From assembly GCA_965202665.1 (NCBI GenBank), contig OZ241841.1, forward strand, positions 1,504,001-1,568,000: DNA of 64,000 bases. The letters run 5' to 3'. Positions within the stretch are counted from its first letter, which is position 1; each line of letters starts with the position of its first letter. Source of the stretch: Candidatus Spongiisociaceae bacterium (GTDB lineage: Bacteria; Actinomycetota; Acidimicrobiia; Spongiisociales; Spongiisociaceae). The notes below the pieces were generated by a model. That model was not told the DNA's origin. It ran no database searches and saw only the letters and a program-made list of their open reading frames with translations. Below, piece after piece: positions 31,301-38,772 of this stretch. The translations under genes were made by a program, and so were the position numbers.

Positions 31301-32170
31301 GTGGCCGCCGACCTGGTTTCCGACCGCCCGCCGGCCAGGGCCCCCTCCGCCTCCTCCCGGCTCGCCCAATGGTCGCGGCGAGCGCGGCGGGCCGTTTTTC
31401 TGCTGTTGGTGGCGACGGCCATATTCGGGCCGTGGGTCGCCCCCTACGACCCGCTGTGGCCCGATCCTTTCAACCCGCTCAGCCCCCCGTCCGCCGAACA
31501 TTGGCTGGGCACCGACCATTTGGGTATGGACGTGTTCTCGCGGCTGATCGCCGCCGCCCGGGTTGACTTCACTTTGGCGGTGACCGGGGTGCTGATCGGA
31601 GGGGGGCTGGGGTCGGTGCTGGGGGCCTGGGCCGCCTACCGGCGGGGGTGGGTGGACACGGTTCTGCTGCGGGCGGTGGAAATTATGCAGTCCTTTCCGG
31701 TGTTGCTGTTGGGGATCGTAATGTTCACCATTCTGGGGCCGGGGCTGGTGGTGCTGATAACCGCCATCGCCAGCATAAACTTTCCCCTCTATCTGCGACA
31801 GGTGCGCAGCGTCCTCATTCCGCTCACCGACGCCGCCTACGTCCAAGCCGCCAAATGCGGAGGCCTGGGCGGCTGGGGAATCGTCTGGCGCCATTTCCTG
31901 CCCAACGCCCGCGGGCAGATTCTGGCTTTGTTCGCCCTCACCTGCGCCTACGCCATACAGATAATCGCCGGGCTGAGTTTTATCGGGGTGGGGATCGAGC
32001 CGCCCAATCCGGAATGGGGGTCCATGATCAACGCCGGGGCGTCTTTGATCATGCAGGGAATATGGTGGCCCTCCATCTTCCCCGGTTTGGCTATTGCGCT
32101 GTCGGTCTATTCCCTGACCGCCTTCTCCGGGGAGGCGGGCGCCCCGCTCGGCCCGGCCGGTTCCTTATGA
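31301..32170 (+). CDS. ABC transporter permease (DppC-like)
   Basis: HWLGTDHLG, RHFLPN and PEWGSMI. Confidence 0.93.
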   Translation: MAADLVSDRPPARAPSASSRLAQWSRRARRAVFLLLVATAIFGPWVAPYDPLWPDPFNPLSPPSAEHWLGTDHLGMDVFSRLIAAARVDFTLAVTGVLIGGGLGSVLGAWAAYRRGWVDTVLLRAVEIMQSFPVLLLGIVMFTILGPGLVVLITAIASINFPLYLRQVRSVLIPLTDAAYVQAAKCGGLGGWGIVWRHFLPNARGQILALFALTCAYAIQIIAGLSFIGVGIEPPNPEWGSMINAGASLIMQGIWWPSIFPGLAIALSVYSLTAFSGEAGAPLGPAGSL

Positions 32171-33138
32171 GCGGGCCCTTGCTGTCCATTTCCGGCTTGG
32201 AAGTCGCCATCGACAACCGGGCCTCCCCGCCGGTCATCCCCCTGCAAGGGGTGGATCTGGAGATATTTCCGGGGGAGACGGTGGGGCTGGTGGGGGAGAG
32301 CGGGTCGGGCAAAAGCATGACTTTGCGTTCCATGTTGCGCATTCTTCCGCCCGGCGGGGCGGTGACCGGAGGGGACATCCGTTGGCGGGGCCGTTCCGTG
32401 TTGGACATGGGAGCGGAAGAGTTGGAGGCCTTTCGGGGGGCGGAGATGGCGATGATCTACCAGAATCCGGCGGCGGCCCTGGACCCGGTGCTCACCGTCC
32501 GCCGCCAAATAACCGACGCCTACCGCGCCAACCGGGACGAGCCGGACGGCGACCCGCGCCGTTTTGCGGATTCCGTCCTGCGGGAACTGGAGTTCGGCAA
32601 CCCGCGCGATATTCTCCACCGTTACCCGCACCAGTTGAGCGGGGGCATGGCGCAAAGGGTCAACATCGCCCTCGCTTTGGCCTGCGGCCCTTCCCTGTTG
32701 CTGGCCGACGAGCCGACCACCGGGTTGGACATGACCACCCAGTTGCGGGTGCTGGACTTGTTGGAGGAGCAGGTGCGGGTCCGCAACGCCGCTTTGCTGT
32801 TCATCTCCCACGACCTGCGGGCGGTGGCCCGGGTGGCGCGGCGCATCGGGGTGATGTACGCCGGGCGCATCGTGGAATTCGGAGCCCGGGAGGAGTTGCT
32901 GTCGGCCCCCGCCCACCCTTACACGCAGGCCCTCATCGAATGCATGGAGTTGCGCAGCGGGGAGCCGCCCCGTTCCATTCCCGGAGCGGTGCCTTCCATG
33001 ACCGACCGGCATTTGCTGTGCGCCTTCCGGGAACGTTGCCGGAGCCGGATGCCGGCGTGCGACCAGCAACCGGCCCCGGCCCGGTCGCTTAGCGGGGGGC
33101 GGCGGATGTTGTGCCATCTGGGAGCGGATGATGGGTGA
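32167..33138 (+). CDS. ABC transporter ATP-binding protein (DppD-like)
   Basis: GESGSGKS, LSGGMAQR, ADEPTT and HPYT. Confidence 0.93.
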   Translation: MSGPLLSISGLEVAIDNRASPPVIPLQGVDLEIFPGETVGLVGESGSGKSMTLRSMLRILPPGGAVTGGDIRWRGRSVLDMGAEELEAFRGAEMAMIYQNPAAALDPVLTVRRQITDAYRANRDEPDGDPRRFADSVLRELEFGNPRDILHRYPHQLSGGMAQRVNIALALACGPSLLLADEPTTGLDMTTQLRVLDLLEEQVRVRNAALLFISHDLRAVARVARRIGVMYAGRIVEFGAREELLSAPAHPYTQALIECMELRSGEPPRSIPGAVPSMTDRHLLCAFRERCRSRMPACDQQPAPARSLSGGRRMLCHLGADDG

Positions 33139-34099
33139 GGGGCCGATACTGGAGGTGCGGGGCCTGTCCAAAACCTACCGGGTGCGGCGTTCGGTGGGCC
33201 GGGCGGAGTCGGTGCGGGCGGTGGAAGACGTTTCTTTTGCGGTGGACCGGGCCCGGATGGTGGGGATCGTGGGGGAAAGCGGCTCCGGTAAAACCACCGT
33301 GGCCCGTTGCCTGCTCGGTTTGACCGAACCCACCGGGGGGGAAATTTTGCTCAACGGGCAGCCGCTGACGGGACTTTCCATCCGGCGCATGCGGCCCCAC
33401 CGCCGCCATCTGCAGATGGTCTTCCAAATGCCCCATTCCTCGTTCGACCCCACCCACGCCGTTGGCAGCGCGGTGCGCCAGCCGTTGCGCCGCCTGCGCC
33501 CCGACCTGTCCCGGGCGGAGCAGGAGGAGCGGTTGCGCTACGTGCTGGGGGCGGTCGGTTTGGCCGAGGAGCTGTGGGGCCGGAAACCGGCCGCGTTGAG
33601 CGGGGGGCAGTTGCAACGGGCGGCCATCGCCCGCGCCTTGGCCCCCGACCCGGATCTGGTGGTGTTGGACGAACCGACTTCCTCGTTGGACCTGAGCGTG
33701 CGGGGCGAGATTTTGACCCTGTTGCAGGATTTGCGGCAGCGGCTGTTGGCGGCTTTCGTGTTCATCTCGCATGATTTGGAGGTGGTCCGGGCCTGCTCCG
33801 ATGACCTGATCGTTATGTATCTGGGCCAGATCGTGGAACAGGGCCCGGCTGACGAAGTGTTCGACGAGCCCCGTCACCCGTACACGCAGGCTCTGGTGGC
33901 GGCCAGCCGGTTCGCAACGGACGGGCCCGCGCTGGCCCCCAAAGGCGAGCACGACCCTTCCTCGGGTTGCCGCCTGTTCCCCCGCTGCCCTTTGGCCGAG
34001 CCCGACTGCGTCGCCGACCAGTCTTTGCTCCCCATAAGCGACCACCGCCAAGTCCGCTGCTGGAAAGCCCCCGCCCCCCAGTCGGTCACCGGACGCTGA
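33131..34099 (+). CDS. ABC transporter ATP-binding protein (DppF-like)
   Basis: GESGSGKT, LSGGQLQR, LDEPTS and HPYT. Confidence 0.93.
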   Translation: MGEGPILEVRGLSKTYRVRRSVGRAESVRAVEDVSFAVDRARMVGIVGESGSGKTTVARCLLGLTEPTGGEILLNGQPLTGLSIRRMRPHRRHLQMVFQMPHSSFDPTHAVGSAVRQPLRRLRPDLSRAEQEERLRYVLGAVGLAEELWGRKPAALSGGQLQRAAIARALAPDPDLVVLDEPTSSLDLSVRGEILTLLQDLRQRLLAAFVFISHDLEVVRACSDDLIVMYLGQIVEQGPADEVFDEPRHPYTQALVAASRFATDGPALAPKGEHDPSSGCRLFPRCPLAEPDCVADQSLLPISDHRQVRCWKAPAPQSVTGR

Positions 34100-34766
34100 G
34101 CATCCGCCCCAAGGTTTCCCGATCCAGGTCGATGATGCCATCCACCAGCTCCGACAACTCACGAGCTACGCTGCGCCGGTTAGGGGTGGCGGCCACCACA
34201 TGGGCGCCTAAATCTTGGGCGGTGCGCACCGCCTCCGCCAAGTCCCGGTCGCCCGAAACTAAAACTGCGGTATCGAACACTCCCTGTCCTGCTAACCGCA
34301 CCAGATCCAAGGCGATCAGCGTATCCACCCCCTTCTGCCTCCGCTCAGGCCGAAACTCCCAATGCCGTCGGAACTCGCTGGTTAGATGATCCGGCCCAAT
34401 CCCCAGTTCCTTCGCCGTTTTTCGGAGTGCTTTGAGCAATGGCTGATCAAAAGCCTGCCTGTTCTCAGAGATGTGGCCTAGTCTCAGTCGGATACCCGGG
34501 ATTTGTCCCACCTGAGCTAAAAACCCGCGTTGGTTTTTAGCCAACTTGTGCTCTATGTGGAACGTGGCATCGTACCAATAGGCGCGGACGAAGACGCCGC
34601 TGACCGGGTTGTCGCAGTCAGCTAAATTCCGACACCAATCGGCTATCGCCTCAGCGTCAAGACGAGTCTGGGAGATCCTTTTGTTCAGGGTCCCCGCTCC
34701 CGAGGCTCTCAAGAACCCCACATCAATGAGGACCGCATAGCCGGAAAAGTTCATTTTTTCCGCCAC
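34086..34766 (-). CDS. NYN domain (LabA/DUF88, PIN-like) ribonuclease
   Basis: Acidic catalytic motifs IDVGF, YWYD, QKGVD and VSGDRD are intact; lower GC; start at GTG 34766 or ATG 34754. Confidence 0.9.
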   Translation of the reverse strand: MAEKMNFSGYAVLIDVGFLRASGAGTLNKRISQTRLDAEAIADWCRNLADCDNPVSGVFVRAYWYDATFHIEHKLAKNQRGFLAQVGQIPGIRLRLGHISENRQAFDQPLLKALRKTAKELGIGPDHLTSEFRRHWEFRPERRQKGVDTLIALDLVRLAGQGVFDTAVLVSGDRDLAEAVRTAQDLGAHVVAATPNRRSVARELSELVDGIIDLDRETLGRMLSVR

Positions 34767-34771
34767 TCCTT

Positions 34772-34803
34772 AAAAAAGGGGGACCCCTTCGTGAAGGGGT
34801 CCC
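34772..34803 (-). terminator. Intrinsic terminator immediately upstream of the NYN gene
   Basis: Minus strand GGGACCCCTT-CACG-AAGGGGTCCC-CC-TTTTTT, then AAGGAG RBS. Confidence 0.7.
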
Positions 34804-34965
34804 GGTTCACTTTTACGGCGGGGCCCGAAGGGAACCCGCCATTCCAAACGGGGAACCCTTTGAAAAGGGTTCCCCGTTTGTCTTTACAACGGGGGGGCTT
34901 TCCGCGGAAGCCCCCCCCAAAATGCACCCCCCAGGGGTGCGTACTAGCGCCGCTCAGGACGCCAA
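34772..34965 (-). ncRNA. Candidate multi-hairpin ncRNA/leader (copy 1), putative RNA antitoxin
   Basis: Six consecutive hairpins between a consensus promoter and a terminator; partly duplicated at 35392-35497. Confidence 0.6.
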
Positions 34966-34970
34966 GAGGT

Positions 34971-35000
34971 ATTATAAGCATCCCCTCCGCATCTTGTCAA
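34971..35000 (-). promoter_or_regulatory. Sigma70-type promoter TTGACA-N18-TATAAT
   Basis: Perfect -35 (35000-34995) and -10 (34976-34971) hexamers on the minus strand. Confidence 0.8.
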
Positions 35001-35137
35001 ATGAGGATTGCCCCGGGCGGGATGAATGTTCCTAGCCGGGACCGATCGCGTTGCCGGGCCGGCTTTGTTCCTCGACGGACGCCCACTTGCCCCGTAGCGG
35101 ATACCAGACGGGTGGGTATCCAGGTAGGATGCTTTTG

Positions 35138-35350
35138 ATGATGGGTGATGCTGCAACTGCGGCTGATCGGTACGCCCCGAGCGATTGGGTGGACGATCCG
35201 GTCTCCGATGCCTACTTGGCGGAAGTCGCCGAGGCTTCCGAACGCGGCGAGTTCGCGGCCGAGATAGCCGACGCCGTCGAGCGACTGGAGGCCGCGTTGC
35301 CTGATGGCCGGCGGATCGTGGGCCCGCCTTGGCGCATAGTCGGGTCATAG
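35138..35350 (+). CDS. Small acidic hypothetical protein
   Basis: About 70 aa; TAGGAT -10-like box just upstream, so possibly leaderless. Confidence 0.5.
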   Translation: MMGDAATAADRYAPSDWVDDPVSDAYLAEVAEASERGEFAAEIADAVERLEAALPDGRRIVGPPWRIVGS

Positions 35351-35391
35351 GCTAAGCCGGGATAGGGTCCCCGCGAGCCCGCGGATATGCT

Positions 35392-35497
35392 GATTAAAGA
35401 GAAGGGACCCCTGGGTAAAGGGGTCCCTCTTACTTTACAACGGGGGGCCTTTTCCGCGGAAGGCCCCCCCAAAATGCACCCCCCAGGGGTGCGTTCA
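35392..35497 (-). ncRNA. Candidate stand-alone small RNA (copy 2 of the NYN-associated RNA)
   Basis: 35433-35494 is nearly identical to 34882-34942 and ends in a GGGACCCCT hairpin plus a U-rich tail. Confidence 0.55.
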
Positions 35498-35503
35498 AGC
35501 CCC

Positions 35504-35531
35504 ATTATGCATCCCTTTCGCATTTTGTCAA
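35504..35531 (-). promoter_or_regulatory. Sigma70-type promoter TTGACA-N16-CATAAT
   Basis: Homologous to the promoter at 34971-35000, including a similar spacer. Confidence 0.65.
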
Positions 35532-35749
35532 ACGTAGATTTACGCCCTTGCTCCTCCGTTCCGTTGTTTCCGCCGCGACGTTCCGGTTGGCGGTTGGCCG
35601 GCGAGAATGGGGGGTGGGGTTTTGAATTGGGCGGGGGCGGGTTAGGATGGGGGCATGCCGTGCGCGCCTAATGCCCGATGTCGAATGTCACCTGCCGGGG
35701 GTGGGTGAGTTGGACTATGGCGGGGGAATGATGGGCGCGGGAAAGGCAA

Positions 35750-36904
35750 ATGGGCGAAACCGTCGGGTCGGTCACGACCCAGTTTTACACTTTCGGGAGC
35801 GAAGAGGAACCGTTCGTATTTGAAAACGGCGGGTCGTTGCCCGAGGTCACTTTGGCCTACGAGGTTTACGGGGAGCTCAACTCCAAGCGGGACAACGCCA
35901 TCCTGCTTTTCCACGCCCTGACCGGCAGCCACCACGCCGCCGGCTACAACCCGTCCGTGCCGGGGGCGGGCGACCGTTGGACCGACGAGTTGCACACCGG
36001 CTGGTGGGACGAATTCATCGGCCCCGCCCGTTCGCTTAACACCGACAAGTTTGCGGTCATCTGCGTCAACTGGGTGGGGCACTGCTACGGTTCCACCGGC
36101 CCCGCCTCCCCCAACCCGGCCACCGGCCAACCGTACGGGTCCGCTTTCCCCCAAGTTTCGGTGGGCGACATCGTCCGCTCCCAGTTCCGCTTGCTGGACC
36201 ATCTGGGCGTGCAACGGCTGCATGCGGTGGTGGGGGCCAGCGTGGGGGGGATGATGTGCCTGGACGCGGCCGTCCGTTTCCCGGACCGGGTGCGTTTCAT
36301 CACTCCCATCGCGGCCGGACTGCGGGCCACCGACCTGCAGATCATCCACAACTTTGAGCAGATCAACGCCATTCGCAACGACCCGCACTGGAACGGCGGC
36401 GACTACTACCGGGGATCCCCGCCCGACGCCGGGTTGGCCCTGGCCCGGATGATCGGGCACAAAACTTTCGTGTCTTTGGATCAGATGCAGGCCCGGGCGC
36501 GGGCGGAAGTGGATGCGGACGAGGAACGGGTGCGCCTTCCCCTGGAAAGCTACATGTGGCACCAGGGGCAGAAGTTCGTGCTCCGTTTCGACGCCAACGC
36601 CTACCTGCGGGCCATGCTGGCTTGGCAGGACTTCGACCTGTACGCCGAGGCGGAACGCCGGGGAATGACCGTGCCGGAAATGCTGTCCGGCGGGGCCCAC
36701 CAGTATCTGGTGTTTTCCATCGACTCCGATGTCTGCTTCTATCACGAGGAGCAGGGGGAGATGGTGGAGGCCCTGAAGGCGGCGGCCCTTCCCCTCAACT
36801 GGATCACCGTCCACTCCGAAAACGGCCATGACGCGTTTCTGCTGGAACCGCACCTGTTCGAGCCGCATCTGCGCTACCACTTCGAGTCGGAGGGACTCTG
36901 CTGA
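35750..36904 (+). CDS. metX: Homoserine O-acetyltransferase
   Basis: LAYEVYG, HALTGSHH, GASVGGM, RFDANAY and GHDAFL. Confidence 0.93.
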   Translation: MGETVGSVTTQFYTFGSEEEPFVFENGGSLPEVTLAYEVYGELNSKRDNAILLFHALTGSHHAAGYNPSVPGAGDRWTDELHTGWWDEFIGPARSLNTDKFAVICVNWVGHCYGSTGPASPNPATGQPYGSAFPQVSVGDIVRSQFRLLDHLGVQRLHAVVGASVGGMMCLDAAVRFPDRVRFITPIAAGLRATDLQIIHNFEQINAIRNDPHWNGGDYYRGSPPDAGLALARMIGHKTFVSLDQMQARARAEVDADEERVRLPLESYMWHQGQKFVLRFDANAYLRAMLAWQDFDLYAEAERRGMTVPEMLSGGAHQYLVFSIDSDVCFYHEEQGEMVEALKAAALPLNWITVHSENGHDAFLLEPHLFEPHLRYHFESEGLC

Positions 36905-38184
36905 TGGCGGAACGGGAATACGGGTTCGACACCCGCTCCATTCACGCCGGCCAACGTCCCGACCCGGAGTCGGGGGCGCGGGCCATGCCCATCTACCAGA
37001 CCACCTCCTATGTGTTCGAAGACCCGCAGCAGGCGGCCGACCTGTTCGCCTTGCAGAGTTTCGGTAACATTTACACCCGCATCGGCAACCCCACCACCGC
37101 CGCCTTCGAAGTGCGGATGGCTTCCCTGGAAGGCGGGCTGGGCGGTTTGGCGGCCGCTTCCGGGATGTCGGCCCAGCTGGTGGCCATCCTCACCGCCTGC
37201 GGGGCGGGCGACAACCTGATCGCCAACCGGGCCTTGTACGGGGGGACTTTCACCCAGTTGGATGTGACTTTGCGCCGCATGGGGATCACCGCCAAATTCG
37301 TAGACACCAACGACACGGACGCCATGGAGGCGGCCATCGACGACCGAACCCGGCTGGTCTACGGAGAGACGATCGGCAACCCGGGCGGGGACATTTTGGA
37401 CATCGCCGCCCTCTCCGAAACGGCCCATGCGCACGGGGTTCCCCTGTTCGTGGACAACACTTTCGCCACCCCCGCCCTGTGCCGCCCCATTGAGCACGGG
37501 GCGGATGTGGTGATTCATTCCGCCACCAAGTTCATCGGCGGACACGGGGCGGCCATCGCCGGGGCTTTGGTGGAAAACGGCCGGTTCCCATGGGACAGCG
37601 GCCGGTTCCCGGGCATCACCGAACCGTCCGCCGCCTATCACGGGCTCACCTTCTGGGAGAACTTCCGGGAATACGGCTACCTGATGAAAGCCCGTATGGA
37701 AACCATGCGGGACGTGGGGGCGGTCATCTCCCCTTTCAACTCTTTTCTGCTTCTGCTCGGTTTGGAAACGTTGACCCTGCGGATGGAAAAGCACGTAGCC
37801 AACGCGCAAGCGGTAGCCCGGTTTTTGGAGGACGACCGGCGGGTTTCCTGGGTTTCCTATCCGGGGCTGCCCTCCCACCCCCACTATGATCTGGCCGGCC
37901 GCTATCTGCCGGGAGGCCCGGGGGCGGTGTTCACTTTCGGCGCGGCGGGCGGATACGAGGCGGGGAGGTCGTTCATCCAACGGGCCGAGTTGGCCAGTCA
38001 TTTAGCCAACGTGGGGGACGCCAAAACTTTGATCATCCACCCGGCCAGCACCACCCATCAGCAGGTGCCGCCCGCCGAGCGGGAAGCGGCGGGGGTGGGG
38101 GACGACATGATCCGCATTTCGGTAGGCTTGGAGGACATCGACGACATTCTGTGGGATCTGGATCAAGCCTTGGGAGGAGGATGA
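36904..38184 (+). CDS. metY: O-acetylhomoserine aminocarboxypropyltransferase
   Basis: PIYQTTSY, YTRIGNPT, HSATKFIGGHG and HLANVGD...IHPASTTH. Confidence 0.95.
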   Translation: MAEREYGFDTRSIHAGQRPDPESGARAMPIYQTTSYVFEDPQQAADLFALQSFGNIYTRIGNPTTAAFEVRMASLEGGLGGLAAASGMSAQLVAILTACGAGDNLIANRALYGGTFTQLDVTLRRMGITAKFVDTNDTDAMEAAIDDRTRLVYGETIGNPGGDILDIAALSETAHAHGVPLFVDNTFATPALCRPIEHGADVVIHSATKFIGGHGAAIAGALVENGRFPWDSGRFPGITEPSAAYHGLTFWENFREYGYLMKARMETMRDVGAVISPFNSFLLLLGLETLTLRMEKHVANAQAVARFLEDDRRVSWVSYPGLPSHPHYDLAGRYLPGGPGAVFTFGAAGGYEAGRSFIQRAELASHLANVGDAKTLIIHPASTTHQQVPPAEREAAGVGDDMIRISVGLEDIDDILWDLDQALGGG

Positions 38185-38694
38185 ATGAGCGCTGAAACTT
38201 TACATGAGAACGGGGGCGGCCCGGTACCGGAAGCCGACCCTAAAACCCGCCTGCGCCTTATTAGGGAGGCTCGTTCGGCGGCTCTGGTGGGGGTGTCCGG
38301 CAACGTGTTGCGTTCCTCCAACTTCGTGGCCGCCTATCTGGTGCGCACCCACCTGCGGATATATCCGGTGAACCCGATGTACGAGGAGGTGCTGGGGCTG
38401 AAATGCTATCCTTCCCTGGCCGACCTGCCGGAAGTTCCCGACATCGTGGATGTTTTCCGACGCCGGGAGGAGTTGTCGGGGGTGGTGGACCAGGCGATCG
38501 CCGTCGGAGCCAAGGCGGTGTGGTTCCAACTGGGCCTGCGGGACGATGCGGCGGCCCGCAAAGCCATGGACGCCGGGCTGGAAGTGGTGCAAAACCGTTG
38601 CCTGAAAATCGAGCACGCCCGTTTCTCAGGCCGGCTCAACCTGGCCGGGTTTGACACGGGCGTGGTGACCAGCCGCCGCCTGCGCGCCATATAG
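38185..38694 (+). CDS. CoA-binding protein (YccU-like)
   Basis: YPVNP, DIVDVFR, WFQLG and VQNRCLKIEH. Confidence 0.9.
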   Translation: MSAETLHENGGGPVPEADPKTRLRLIREARSAALVGVSGNVLRSSNFVAAYLVRTHLRIYPVNPMYEEVLGLKCYPSLADLPEVPDIVDVFRRREELSGVVDQAIAVGAKAVWFQLGLRDDAAARKAMDAGLEVVQNRCLKIEHARFSGRLNLAGFDTGVVTSRRLRAI

Positions 38695-38772
38695 TCCGCA
38701 AGCCCAAGGCCTAATACCGGACGGAAGGGGGCGGGGTAGTATTATGGGGAAGCGGCTAAGAGAGGAGACCGG

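Noticed and set aside
34772-35531. CRISPR array interpretation of the hairpin repeats
   Set aside because: No identical direct repeats with unique regular spacers, and no cas genes in the window.
35600-35749. SAM/SAH riboswitch upstream of metX-metY
   Set aside because: Only two generic hairpins; no recognizable SAM-I, SAM-IV or SAH conserved motifs.
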